Source: Octopus bimaculoides
Lineage: Eukaryota
NCBI RefSeq assembly: GCF_001194135.2
Contig: NC_068993.1
Span: 65,023,781 to 65,066,837 of the forward strand
Direction: 5' to 3'
DNA: 43,057 nt
The position numbers were made by a program, and so were the translations under genes. The notes under the pieces were generated by a model. The model worked only from the letters and a program-made list of their open reading frames with translations. It was not told the DNA's origin and did not search any database. Shown piece after piece: positions 11,761 to 24,600 of this stretch (position 1 is its first letter; every line of letters starts with the position of its first letter).

Positions 11761-12578
11761 TTTTGGGGTATTATACTGGAGATTTAAAGGGAGCGGATTA
11801 ATTACTTGATTTCAACACTTCATTGTTTTATTTTATTGACCCCTGAGAGATGGTAGGCAAATATGATACTGGCAGAATTTGAGCATAAAGTGCCACTAGT
11901 ACTGCATGACATTTTGTCTTAAGATTATGCCAATTCACCAACTTGATGGGAAAAAGAAATTATATTTTGTGAGAAACTTATATGTTTGACTCTTAGGAAT
12001 ATAAACTTTTTATGTCTATTGAAAATAAGCCACTATTTTTTCATATCGAGTTTGGTAAGGTCTTGAATGTAAAGTTTATCTTTTCTTGGTTAGTGTCACA
12101 GTGTATGTGTCTGTAATAAAGTGTAATTATCTTACTGCTGTAATCTGCAACACTGAGTCAGTTCTTAGTCATACTTATTTCGTTTATTCAGCCAATACGC
12201 TTGGTTGAGAGGACTAGGAATAACAATATGCGTTGCACCCTTTGAAGTGAATAGCTTTGATTTCTCATGAATAATAAATTTACTTTTGATAGTGGTTTAA
12301 CCTCATAAGTCTTGATTGAGCATATCTACGATTCAAGGTGTTCTCCATAACTTATTTTTTCTGCAAATATAGAGTATATGGGTAAACATTATCAATGTAA
12401 TCTTTTTCTTTTATTACTATAGTGTAATTTAAGAGGAATTTTAGCTGCTATTTCTAATAGGTTGAGTGGATACAGAACCCTACCTTAGTTTTTGTGATGG
12501 TGGAGTAGAAAAAACTTTTAAATTTGTTTTATTTTATGACAAATTATAAATGTTATAAAAAATTTTTTCATTCTTCAG

Positions 12579-12778
12579 AAGCTGTTTTAAAGATGGGAAA
12601 CCTTGGTTACCTGTTGATATTTTGCTGCTTGTATTTAAGTACAACCAAAATGGTAAATGTATTTTGGGTGACTTAGTAGTATGTCGGCGAAAGATACAAT
12701 CTCACATGAACTTGACTAATGTATTAGAAGTTGGAAGGTATGCTGTTATCTGCTTGGGTTTTAATCATTGGGAAGTAG
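12579..12778 (+). CDS. CAPN15-like: Calpain-15/SOL-like exon 4 in window
   Basis: ttcttcAG|...G|gtaagt, 200 bp, phase 2/1. SCFKDGKPWLPVDILLLVFK...LEVGRYAVICLGFNHWEV corresponds to CAPN15 LLDLCILVFR...LEPGEYAVVCCAFNHW. Confidence 0.9.
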
Positions 12779-13199
12779 GTAAGTCATTCCTACATCACAT
12801 CTTTTATTCATTTAAATTTTCCTATTGTTTGAAAAGAGAATTATCTTTTCTTTCTGGCAACTCTTTAAATGAAATAATTTAAAAGCCAAATCAAAGCAGA
12901 TGATTTTGTTTTCTTTTCATTTTTGCTCTAATTGTGATAATTTTTTAAAGATTTCTATACTCTTCTATTGGTTTCAGTTTTTAGGCTGTGCTCATGCTTT
13001 CACTCCACTTTCAAGCATCTTAGTCAATTTTGTCTGTCTCTGTTCTTTGTCTAGTACTTAATTTATTCAACTTCTTTGTCTTTCTAATTTTACTTTATGC
13101 TGAAGGCGAGGTTTGAGCCAGATCAAATGTAGTGGTGAAACAGGGAAATAGAAGAGCCTTAAAATAAAAAATAATCTCGGTAAGACTAGAAAATAGGTG

Positions 13200-13960
13200 C
13201 AGCCAAGAATGCTGTTCTCTATTTTCAAATTGTCTTATGGGGGGATGCTAGGCAAGGGAAAAAATACAATGTGAGAAAATTGCCAATGTTCTATGATGTA
13301 AGGATCAGGGGAATATGGTATTTTGGATTACAAGGCAGGTAACTAGAGCCATGTTATTGTGGCTGAGAAATGTGTACAAATAGATAGTAGTACTGTTGCA
13401 TTTATTGATTCTGAAACAAAAGAAGTATGGAAGTGTTACTTTGACAGGTTGAATGTGGAATATGCATTAGAAAAAGTGGGTCTTGCTAGCATGGTCTTGA
13501 AATTGCTCTTGAAATGCTTAAATGGCCCAATGGGATATGGACTACTCAGCTGTGTAGTAAATGAAGTTCTACGTCAAAGTGTCATATCCAGTAACTGGTA
13601 TCACATCATGTTAAACTGTTATAAGAACAAAGGAGATGCCTTAGAGAATGGTAACTACAAAGAAATCAGATTGTTTGAGAAACTCATGAAAGTTGCAGAA
13701 TGATTGCTCTGTTTATTTGAGAGAAAATCAGCTGAGCTGAAATACAATATGGTTTGTGCCAGGAATAACTACTACTGATGCCATCTTCCTAGTGAGACCA
13801 CTGCAGGAGAAATACCCAGCTAAAGCTAAATTGCTATACCTAGCCTTTGCCAACCTGGAAAAAGTTTTTAACAAAAATTCTTCACTCAGTGGTCTATTGA
13901 GCACTGAAGAAATTTGGGCTTGGGGGGGGGGAGTAAAGGAATGGTTTGTGAGAGTCATAA
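13200..13960 (+). mobile_element. Decayed RTE LINE fragment (RT N-terminal part)
   Basis: NCYKNKGDALENGNYKEIRLFEKLMKVAE and PGITTTDAIFLVRPLQEKY..LYLAFANLEKVF. Confidence 0.85.
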
Positions 13961-14289
13961 ATGTGCCTATTTTTTTTTCTGGGGCAGTTTATAGTTTTAG
14001 TTGTTGACTGTAGTTATTCTGGGGATACCTAGCATATAGTTAATTACATTGACTATTATTATTTTTTTAATACTCATTTTACTAATCCTGGAAGGTTGAA
14101 GAGCAAAGAGTCCTGGAACCAGATATGAAGTGTAAACAAATCCTTTAGCATACTTTGTTCAGTGTTTTCTGATTACCATTAATATCATGCAATTTTTCTT
14201 TTTGTTCTTTTCCTTTTTTAATGAGTGTTTACTCAACCCTCTGCCACCCACTAACTGGAAAGTAGGAATGAAAACTGAGACCTTATGTG

Positions 14290-14434
14290 TTTGGCGTTAG
14301 GAAGGGCATCCAGCTGTAGAAACTCTGCCAGATCAGATTGGAGCCTGATGCAGCCATCTGGTTTGCCAGTCCTCAGTCAAATCGTCCAACCTATGCCAGC
14401 ATGGAAAGCGGATGTTAAATGATGATGATGATGA
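14290..14434 (+). mobile_element. RTE-tail short repeat, well preserved
   Basis: ttggcgttaggaagggcatccagctgtagaaactctgcc...gcatggaaagcggatgttaaa then (TGA)n. Confidence 0.9.
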
Positions 14435-14479
14435 AGCCTTGAGCCTCTTTATTTTCTAAATGTTAAATCACATTATTCA

Positions 14480-14935
14480 ATGTATTCATCCACTTTAAGC
14501 TCCATCAGCATCATCTGTACTGGCTTGGTCATGCATATTGCATGCTGGATGGGAGGATCCCAAAAGACCTCCTGTATGGGGAATTGGCCTCTGGCACAAG
14601 AGCACAAGGATTACCTCAACTTTGTTTCAAGGATGTCTGCAAGAGAGATATGAAATCGCTTGAGATGGGAGGATGTTGCAAATGATCACCCACACTGGAG
14701 ACAAATGTTGTGAAAGTGTTTGAAGCGAGCGGAATAAAAACAGGAACTCACCACCAAAGAAAAGCGTGCTCAACAGAAGGAAAAACCAGTAGCACCTGCT
14801 GAGAGCTCCTTCACTGTATGTATTACTGCCACTCCCATGTGGGCCTCTATAGCCACAGCAGATGCTACACCACCATCAACAACTGACACAATTTCTTCAG
14901 GCACAGATCCATGGCTCTCAAAACCGACAGATGCC
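14480..14935 (+). mobile_element. 3' end of a BovB-like RTE subfamily
   Basis: WLGHAYCMLDGRIPKDLLYGELASGTRAQGLPQLCFKDVCKRDMKSL starting at 14521, a C-terminal CHSHVGLYSHSRC zinc-finger remnant, and a ccatgg...gatgccta tail. Confidence 0.8.
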
Positions 14936-15564
14936 TACATTAAGACGGAAAAGTGTGATTTGAAGGAAATTTGGCTGTCAACTTATATGTCAAGTAACTG
15001 CATAGAGACTCCTCTATCAGTTTACCTATGCCAAAAGTATTAGTTGTGACAGTGAGCAAAGATGATCAAATAAGTAGGATATTGGACAACTAGCTTATAG
15101 GCTCACAATTCCTCTACTGTTATTCCAAAACTATATTGTTCAGGTGAAATATATATTTCTAAAATGGGCTTGACTAAGGACCATGTTGTAGTGGGTATAC
15201 ATACAAGTTGTGATGATATCTAGGGCTATATTTTGTGTATTTTCTAATTTGACTACATGTGATACCTGTAATTGATTTAGCCCTTTGCCTGTTCAATGCA
15301 TTTTCAAAAGTTTCTCCTAACATCTAAGTATTTTCTCTGACTTTTAGTTAGTCCTTGTTTTATATGTTCTGAGTGATATAAAGATTTCCTTTCGTAAGTA
15401 CCAAGTTGGACTGGTTGTTGAAAAAATTGGGAATGTGTATCATGCATAAAAAATGGACATCAAGGAGATATGTCCTGTGTATCACATGTACAGGACAAGT
15501 AAAAGTGAAGTTTATGTAACAATTTGGTTTCTTAAATCTTTTACATGTACTATATATATATATA

Positions 15565-16030
15565 TAGTGTGTCACAGAGACCCGTCAAGCCAAGTCAAAT
15601 CATAGTTGTGGCTGATGTTGGTGTCATGTAACTGGCAGCCATGCCAGTGGCATGTAAAAAGCACTTTTTGAGCATTGGGGCTCATGGAGGCAAAGTGGCT
15701 GATGCTGGTAGCATATGAAAAGCTCCTTTCAAGTGTTGACCCTCACAGAGGTAAGGACTGAGACCTCTGGCATTGTGTCATGTTTGAGAAGACCCATCAA
15801 GCCAAGTAAAATTGCAGTCGTGGCACATACTGGTGTCATGCAAATGGCACCCATGCTAGTTGCGTGTAAAAGCATCTATTACACTCTTGGGGTTTTTGGT
15901 GTTAGGAAGGGCATCCAACCATAGAAACCCTGCCAAATCAGACAAATGGAGTCGGGTGCAACCTTCCAGCTTGCCAGCCCTGTCAAACCATTCCACCCAC
16001 GCCAGCATGGACAACAAATGTTAAATGATT
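15565..16030 (+). mobile_element. RTE 3' UTR/tail-derived repeat with an internal duplication
   Basis: agacccgtcaagccaagt...gtaaaaagca occurs twice (15578 and 15790), followed by aggaagggcatcc...cagcatggacaacaaatgttaaatga. Confidence 0.7.
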
Positions 16031-16059
16031 ATATATATATATTCGCCATGATAGATCGC

Positions 16060-16240
16060 TGTCCACTACATTTATATTTTTTTCTCCTTGTTTTTCTCCT
16101 TATTTCTTTGTGTTCCTTTCAGTTGAAAAGCATAGCTCGAAACGTCAAAGACTTTCTCTATTCCCGAGCGTTAAACTAATACATCCATTTGTTGTTTACA
16201 CCACCTGTCTTCGTCTGTTGTTTTTTTCGTAAATTCTCCC
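16060..16240 (+). mobile_element. Penelope-like element terminal fragment with decayed hammerhead-like motif
   Basis: ctttCAGTTGAaAAGCataGCTCGAAACGTCaaag has the layout of a minimal type I hammerhead, typical of Penelope pseudo-LTRs. Confidence 0.5.
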
Positions 16241-16254
16241 ATATATATATATAT

Positions 16255-17478
16255 ACAGAAAACAACTTCTGTCTCATTCCAGGGAGAAAAACTAGAGGTA
16301 GTTGATAGCTTCCGCTATTTGGGTGACCAAGTTAGTAGTGGGAGTGGGTGCGCTGAAAGTGTAGCTGCTAGAATAAGAATAGCCTGGGCAAAGTTCAGAG
16401 AGCTCTTACCTCTGCTGGCGACAAAGGGCCTCTCGCTCAGAGTAAAAGGCAGACTGNNNNNNNNNNTGTCTTCGTCTGTTGTTTTTTTCGTAAATTCTCC
16501 CATATATATATATATACAGAAAACAACTTCTGTCTCATTCCAGGGAGAAAAACTAGAGGTAGTTGATAGCTTCCGCTATTTGGGTGACCAAGTTAGTAGT
16601 GGGAGTGGGTGCGCTGAAAGTGTAGCTGCTAGAATAAGAATAGCCTGGGCAAAGTTCAGAGAGCTCTTACCTCTGCTGGCGACAAAGGGCCTCTCGCTCA
16701 GAGTAAAAGGCAGACTGTATGACGCATGTGTATGAACAGCCATGCTACATGGCAGTGAAACATGGGCTGTGACTGCTGAGGACATGCGTAAGCTCGCAAG
16801 GAATGAAACCAGTATGCTCCGATGGATGAATAATGTCAGTGTGCATACCCGACAGAGTGTAAGTATCTCGAGAGAAGAGTTGAACCTAAGAGGCATCAGT
16901 TGTGGTGTGCAAGAGAGACGATTGCGCTGGTATGGACATGTGGCGAGAATGGATGAGGATAGCTGTGTGAAAAAGTACCACACCGTAGCAGTTGAGGGAA
17001 CCCGTGAAAGAGGCAGACCCAGGAAGACCTGGGATGAGGTGGTGAAGTACGACTTCTGAGCTTTAGGCCCCACTGAGGCAATGACTTCTGACTGAGACCT
17101 TTGGAAAGATGCTGTGCGTGAGAAGACCCAGGAAGCCAAGTGAGACCAAAATCCAAGGCCTCTGCCAGGGATAGACCAAAATCCAAGGTCTCTGCCAGGG
17201 ATGTAGCCAGCCCACTTATGCGTAACGTTCCTTCTTTGGACACTAAACTCCGCTTGCGAAGACCTGTTGAGGCAAGTGAAATCGAAATCGAACTGAATTT
17301 GTAGACTGGCACCCATACCAACGTCTTCATTGAACACTAAACTCCGCTTGCGAAGAACTGTTGGGGCAAGCGAAAGCGAAATCATGATGGCACGAGTACC
17401 AGTAAATCACTAAGAGCACCTTCCGAGTGTGATCGTTGCCAGAGCACCAGCTGTCTGGCTTTCATGCCGGTGGCACGT
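16255..17478 (+). mobile_element. 5'-truncated, relatively young RTE LINE (thumb region and 3' UTR)
   Basis: GEKLEVVDSFRYLGDQV..ARIRIAWAKFRELLPLL..RLYDACV*TAMLHGSETW..RRLRWYGHVARMDE..RGRPRKTWDEVV. The 3' UTR has 30-bp and ~95-bp internal duplications and leads into the tail repeat at the gap. Confidence 0.93.
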
Positions 17479-17759
17479 NNNNNNNNNNNNNNNNNNNNNN
17501 NNNNNNNNNNNNNNNNNNNNNNNNNNNNNNNNNNNNNNNNNNNNNNNNNNNNNNNNNNNNNNNNNNNNNNNNNNNNNNNNNNNNNNNNNNNNNNNNNNNN
17601 NNNNNNNNNNNNNNNNNNNNNNNNNNNNNNNNNNNNNNNNNNNNNNNNNNNNNNNNNNNNNNNNNNNNNNNNNNNNNNNNNNNNNNNNNNNNNNNNNNNN
17701 TGATGATGATATATATATCATCATCGTTTAATGTCCGCTTTCCATGCTAGCATGGGTAG

Positions 17760-17960
17760 GCAAATCAAAATTAAAAACAAGATAAACAACAAAAGTCAAG
17801 AGGATGTACATGCTGAATGTATTAGACTGATGCTCAGAGAAAGCCTAAGATGGGGAAAAAGTGGGGATGTGGTACTTCGAGCATAGCTCTTCATCAGAAA
17901 GAGGCAAAAGCTCAGAGAGACAGAAAGGAATAGTCTGAGAATAACAGGTCAATACATGGC
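17760..17960 (-). mobile_element. Penelope-like terminal fragment with hammerhead core CTGATGA
   Basis: Minus strand reads tctttCTGATGAaGAGCtatGCTCGAAGtac, the same layout as the 16116 motif. Confidence 0.5.
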
Positions 17961-17969
17961 TGAAAAATA

Positions 17970-17970
17970 A

Positions 17971-18016
<46 letters not shown>

Positions 18017-18070
18017 GCGCGCGCGTGTGCACACATACATACATACATACATATATATATATATATAAAT
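17970..18070. repeat. Compound microsatellite (CT)n(GC)n(CATA)n(TA)n
   Basis: Directly visible. Confidence 0.9.
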
Positions 18071-18994
18071 TTATGTATATATTAATATTATCTCAGTTTT
18101 AAAAAAACTTGACAATGTAAATATGTTAATAGTTACCATGGGTAGCAAAATTCACACAAAAAAAAAACAGGATATCACACCCGTTTTATAGGTAGAGATA
18201 CCAAGTTAAAGCGATGTATTTTGAGTAGATATGAATAATAATAATAAAGTTCCTTTAATTCCTACATATGTTTCAAAATGTATGTGCACTCTACTCCAAA
18301 GAAGTAAGAGGTGCTGGAATTGCACAGATATTCATTGTCAGGGAACCAACATATAGAAGCAAGACAAATGTGAAATGATAAGGTTACTTACGAGTTATAA
18401 TATTATATGGCCAAGTAAGTGACCATTAGAAACAAGAACACTGGTTTACATGGAGTTATAACGGGACGGAGGCTGTAAACGCTATACTAATGATTTAAAT
18501 TAAATGATTGAAATAAGGGAAGGCAAAATGGATCACAGTAAAGTAAACAAAACACGGGTACCTTAAGTGGAGTTCTGGTTTTAGGATACCTTCTTTCTTC
18601 TTTCTCGTCAGTCTTAGAGGTTCTGTAACAAGCCATGATTACTGCCTTCTGTCTTGGTTGAAAGAAGAAAAAAATGTACGTCTGCATGTTTATCCATGTG
18701 TGTGTGTGTATGTAATATTTATATATAACAGAGAGGGGGGAGGTTAAGCAATATGCTGAAGCTCTCTGGTTAGCTCTTTGTTATAGTAGAATGTTCACAT
18801 GTAACCTATGTCTACCACCAGTTGTATGTATTTGGATAAAATCTGCAAAGAAAACGTACAGTGAACAGTAAGTACACGTAACTAACAGAAAACATTCTCT
18901 CTACACCTTCCCCTTATAAATGTTCAGTGTTGTGTTAATGTAATCTATATTATTTCCATGTCCTCACATTCAAAATTATTATTCTGCTTTATAG

Positions 18995-19167
18995 GTAATT
19001 CTACAAATCCAAATCTGAATTCTGATCCTATTCCATACAGACTTGTACTCCACTGCATTAAAGCCTTTATTCTGAGAGAGATGAAGTTGGCATCAAGTTA
19101 TGATGATTACTTTCTTCTGGCTGACACCATCATAAAACTCGTGCTTACTTTAGGCAAAAAGCAAACG
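18995..19167 (+). CDS. CAPN15-like: Calpain-15/SOL-like exon 5 in window (SOL-homology region)
   Basis: ctttatAG|...ACG|gtaata, 173 bp, phase 1/0. GNSTNPNLNSDPIPYRLVLHCIKAFILRE...FLLADTIIKLVLTLGKKQT corresponds to CAPN15 HVLAVYSSRLVMVE...TLADAIILL. Phases match both neighbouring exons. Confidence 0.85.
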
Positions 19168-20099
19168 GTAATATGCAATTACATTTATTAATTTCTACTG
19201 TAGTTTAGTCCTAGGTGTCACTACTGATCAAGCAAGTGTGTAATTGGAGGTAAAGCTGTCTAGCCTGACTATCATGGATTTACTGTGTTAGGAACTCTGG
19301 ACCACTTCCAATATGTCCCTTTTAAGATGGTGGTTAAGCTTTGTGGGAGATGTAGCTGCTATTCTTAACCTGTTGATCTATCACATTGAAGCTGCTCCAT
19401 TAATCCAAACTCCTTTCTTATTAGCACGTTTGATCAGTTGACAACTTACTCAGTATTTTCATTTTTATTGTGACAAAACAAAACTGTCTTTAGCTCCTGC
19501 TTTTGGAAGAAGATTGTGTCCTTATTAAGGTTGCAATCAAGCAGAATCATACCAAATGCCCAAATGGTTTTTATCCTTGTCCTTCACATTGAGTTTAAAT
19601 CTCACTCAAATCAATTTTGTCTTTCATTTTTTTCGGGTTGATAAAAAAAAAATGTACCAGTTATTATTAGTGTTGATGCAATCAACTCTACCACTTCTAT
19701 GAAAAGTGATGAATTTGCACTAAAATTTGAAGCAATTCCTATTAAGAGCAGTGGATTGGCTGAATCCTTAGAGCACTGGAAAAATTTCTTTGCAGCATTT
19801 CTTCTAGCTGACTATGTTCTGCATGCAAAACCAGCCAACACCAACTTTATTTTGACTCTGGAGAAATGGAAAGTAAAGTACAAATCAAATATTAGATTTG
19901 ATGGTATTGAATATCCAACTGTCCTTAAAATTGTTGGCCTTAAATCATTATTATAGGGTGGAGAGTTTTCAGAACTGTGACAGCATCAAACAAAATGATT
20001 TGTTATATTTGTTTTGGCTTTTTTTTACGCTGAGTTCCAATGCCAGCATGGAAAACAGATGTTAAATGAGAATGATAACTATTACAGACATGATAACTA

Positions 20100-21650
20100 T
20101 TACATGCTGGGATGTTGTCTTGAGGTTTAGTGTCATCATGTCTTCTCAAATCTCAAGAATCTTTAAGATTTTTGTAGAATAGAGGATGGTACATTTCTGC
20201 TGGACATCTATAAATGTCTCACTTCTGATATGCTGCAGCCTCTTAAGCAATAATTTGGGTGTTGTGCCAAGTGCTCCAGTTACCACAAGAATAATTATCA
20301 TCTGAGTCTTCCACAATCTCTTCATTCCTCTTGTTAGGTCCTGGTATTTCTCTCACTTTTCAATTTTTATTTTCTCCTCTACAATCATGTCTGCTCTTGC
20401 TTCAATAGTATGGCCATTCTTTGTGAGATCTCATAAAATCCTGTAATTCTTATTCTCCATCATAGCCTCTGCTTCATATTCATACCACTTTTCTGTTACT
20501 TTGAATCTAGACATTTGGCTAACATCTCAATACCTATACAGTCATGCCTGCACATAAACTGTTTTTACTAGCTTACTGCATTTAGTGAAGAGGTAGTTGA
20601 TGTTTTTGTTTCCTTTATTGAAGATTCTGTATTTGCTCTCCAACTGAGTTTCATCAATCTTTACCTTTATCAAATTCATCCCAATAGCTTGTTCCTGAGC
20701 AGCTATGGTTAGCTCTTGGGTTTCGATTTCTGGCTTTTGTCCATCAGTCACAACAGGCATTTTTTACTACCAACAGTTTGTTGCGTGAATTGACCATGTA
20801 ATTTCTTTTTTTCCATCAACTTGTTCTGTCATTTTTCCTATTCTTGAACTCTGTTGTTTCAGTAACTTATTGGACATTTCAAGCCACTAATAGTATTCTT
20901 ACTTCACTGCACACCACAGAGTTTTTTCAAACCCAAGATTGCAGTACTGATGGTGTCTTCTGCATTTAGCCATCCTCTGCCTTTTTCCTTTCTCGATAGG
21001 TTTGAGCTGGTCAGTATTACTTTTAGGATGGTGTGCATTGTGCATTCTGAGCAGCTTCCTACTTCTAACTTCTGTAGCTGTCTTCGTCCATATGAATCAC
21101 TTGGTTTATTTACACCTTGGTTTAGGCAAATTCATAGGTAGGCCTGCATTTCTTCTATATACTTGTTAGTGGGATTAATATAATACTGTGTATTTTCATG
21201 CTTCCTAATGATTCATTTGCACATGTTAGTTCTACTTCCCAATCACTTTTCCAAAAAGCTGTTTGTCTTCTCATTGACTTCACACATCTGTAGGCACTCC
21301 AACAGCCATCAGTATGGAACGTTGTTGTAAGCCTCTTTGTAGTGTTTCAGCCAACAACTAAATTCTTCTTTCTTACTCGTGTCTCATTTAGTATTCGACT
21401 ATTTATATACAGTAGATCAGCATTTCCCCTTGACTTCTTTCTACATCCCTTTTCCTCTGCCAACAATAGACTCTCTTCTAGAAAGCTATATACCTTATCT
21501 GCTGTGAAGCCAGATGACAATTTTCAGAGTAATGGTTAGAACATAATTGGTGTATAATTACTGATTTACCCTTCTTCTCTTTGTTCTTCTGTATAAACAC
21601 TCCGTTTCTTTTTGTCATCCATGTTGATGTTCCATTTTCTATACAGTCAA
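20100..21650 (-). mobile_element. Decayed R4/Dong-clade non-LTR retrotransposon (RT remnant and restriction-like endonuclease)
   Basis: Minus strand gives EEKGCRKKSRG; ETQELTIAAQEQAIGMNLIKVKID; KWYEYE..RIL*D..IEARADMIV..EKYQDL..KRLWK..VVTGALG, the layout of R4/Dong elements with a C-terminal RLE. Internally deleted. Confidence 0.75.
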
Positions 21651-24600
21651 GAAGAAATGGTTAAATATAGTTGTGTATACTCGAAATTTTTTAGCCAGAA
21701 TCCCTGACCATCATCTGGTCCAGAGACTTTCCAATTTGGTATACAGATTGATCAGGAAAGTATCGAAGCTATCCCTGATCTGATCAACTACCCTAATGGT
21801 GCACAACTGAGGGTAGAAGTTGAGATGCACATTTGTGGTGAGACAAACCACTTAAAGGTTTTCTGCCCCATAGAAAGAAAACAAAAACACCCAATACTGC
21901 AGACACCTCAAATAACATCAACATCAAAAGCAACAGCAGTACCATCACCAACTACAACACCATCAACAGCACCAGCTTCAAGAATAGCATCACCTAAAAC
22001 CACACCAGTATCAACAGAAGGAGCAGCAGAAGAGATTTATTCAACAACATTAGCAGCAAGCACCAGTACCACACCTGAGAAAAATAAGACCATCACTTGC
22101 ACCATCGCAAGTAAAAGAAGCCTTACCCAGCACCAGTCAAGCAGACCACCAACTTAGAAATGCAGGACTGTGCAGATCTACTTCTCTCCCCTACTATAGA
22201 TTTCTCTGACTGAAAATTTGTCTCGCAAGGAAAGCATTTTGACAAAACCACCAAAATGTGTCTTGATGAAAGAAAAAAGAAAAACATTACAAAATATGAA
22301 GTACAAGACTAAAAATAAAGAGATTTGAGGAGGAATCAGAGAAACCAACAAACCATCCTCCACCCATATACTCTACATCAACACAATTATAAACATCTCT
22401 AACACTACAAACACCTGAACAAACAAAAACACACAGCAATCCAGACCAACAACATGAACAGCACTCCCAAGATATCATCAGTTACACGATCATAGATACA
22501 AAAACAAGAACTTAATAAAACATATTCAAAAATACACAGTCATTGCCCTAAATGAATACATCACACACCTGCATAACACCCCTATTTTCATAAGAGTTAT
22601 AAAAACAACAATAACAAAGTTAACAAACTGAAAGCAAAATATCAGAAAGGAATGGGAGATTTCTGTTGATCATAAACAAAAAACGCTACTAAAGATTGCT
22701 TGTGAAGACACCCGCAAATAGCTAGGACAGAACACATTTCTCTCCCTAGAAATACAGTTATTCTCTTCACTCTCCTTCTTTCTGACAAATATGGTCTTGT
22801 TCAGAATAGGCAATATAAATGCACATGACCTGGTGCTACCTTGGAAATGGGTCCACCTTCTCAATAACCTCAGGTGACTAAGTATATTTTTGGTGAATAC
22901 AAGAATTACCTCTATATCAACTGGGAATAGGGAGTGGAACAGCAGTGTTTCAGAGAAGTCTAGATCACGAGATAAGGGCCATTCTGGTCCCAGAAGGTAA
23001 GTTAGTTGTCATAGATACGAATAGTAGTGACAGGGGTACTTTCAGACTGGTGTTTGTTTATGCCCCAACAAGGGAAGGACAGCCAGATTTCTTCAGCCAT
23101 CTGGAGGTTTTGCTGAGAATGTCTTAACCTTTAATGCTAATGAGTGACTGGAATGCTATCTTGGATGCACATTTAGATTGTGTGGGGCTAGCTGTTTGAT
23201 GAGAGGTGTACAAAAGCCTTGTAAACCCGCTCAGACGTTTTCAATTGTCTGACAGATACTGATTGGATTTCCCAAATGTGCTAGTGTGGACATGGATGAA
23301 CCACATCAGGTCATCTAGGTCATATCTAGATAATCTGTAGATCAGTAGATAAGGTTAGCATAAGTTGTACACTTTTTAAGATCATCGGCTACATAACCAT
23401 AAGTTTGTGATCTGCACAGTCAACTTAGATAGGCAAGGACCTGGCTACTGGAAGCTGAATGCATCACACCTGGCATGACAAGGTTAGTCATCAACGACAA
23501 ATGGTGGTTTGAACTGAAAAGGGCATTAGTAAGGCATTGGCAATAGAAAGAAATAGAGGGCAAACTTAGTTAAAAACTTAGAAGAAGCACTCAGAAAATG
23601 CATCATAACTGATGTGCTCATGATAAAATTGGCCGTGGATCAATTCTTCAATGCTAAGCATGAAGGATGCATTGTCAGAGCTAAGGCATTTGCTCTAAGA
23701 AATGAGGTGCAGGGGTGCAACATGGAAACAAAGCCACAATTCAGTCTTTTGTGGATCAAAATAGGTGTTTGGTACTCAAGCCTGAGCAGATATGTGCTGC
23801 ATTTCAGCAGCACTTTGCCCAACTGTTTGAGATGAATGGTAGTCCACAATGTAAAAATGGGCTGCATGGGGAAGGGAAATTGCCTTGTTTGGTAGCCTAT
23901 AAGCAGATATCTTCTGCAACTTTCAGCAAAATGGGAAAATTCCTAGATCAGTGAGTCAAGGAGCAGTGGTACTGATAAGAAAGGACTCAAACAAGAGGGA
24001 CCGAATAACATCCCAACCAGATCTATCCACCACAACTTCCACCTCATGTGATGCATCATACTCAATGGGTTAAGACGCTGGCATGGATGAGGTCCTGATG
24101 AATTTGGATCAATGAAAAGCCTGTGATAGGATTGATTACTAATGCTTGGCAGCCATTCTCATGGTGGCCAGTTTTGTTTCCCTTTTCTGTAACTGGATTG
24201 CCACAATGTAGAGCAACATCTTGGTAGTTTGGGTAAATGGTTACTTACCAGAAACATTCAGTATCATATACCTTGTCTGTCAAGGGTGTTCACTGATGTC
24301 TTTTCTCTCTATGTACTGACTTTTAGAGCCAGTCTGGTGTCAACTCAGCTGGGTTTGTCTCAGATGTGCACACAGCAACAAAACTGTTCTGCATTCTCTC
24401 ATCCAGTGTGCAAGCATTGCTCACTTGTTGGTTCATGTCAGACAGCTGCTTTAATGTGCAGGATGGGTCCGGCTATCAGCTGAGTCTATTGTGAAGACTA
24501 TTGCCACATTCCTTTGGCCAAGAAAGGCAGGCAGTGTTTATTTATCTTGTGAATGTAGAAAAAGAAGTTATGTGGTGAACCAGGTTAAAACGTCTAGACC

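Noticed and set aside
16206-16717. Apparently exact 251-bp tandem duplication
   Set aside because: The copies flank a 10-N gap and look identical, which is typical of an uncollapsed contig overlap.
18991-19000. Exon 5 acceptor AG|GTAATT also resembles a donor (dual-specificity site)
   Set aside because: It is explained by the Gly-Asn codons, there is no upstream exon candidate that would use it as a donor, and it cannot be tested from sequence alone.
19699-19956. 85-aa intronic ORF
   Set aside because: It has no recognisable domain or splice-compatible link to the calpain, and it adjoins SINE-derived sequence.
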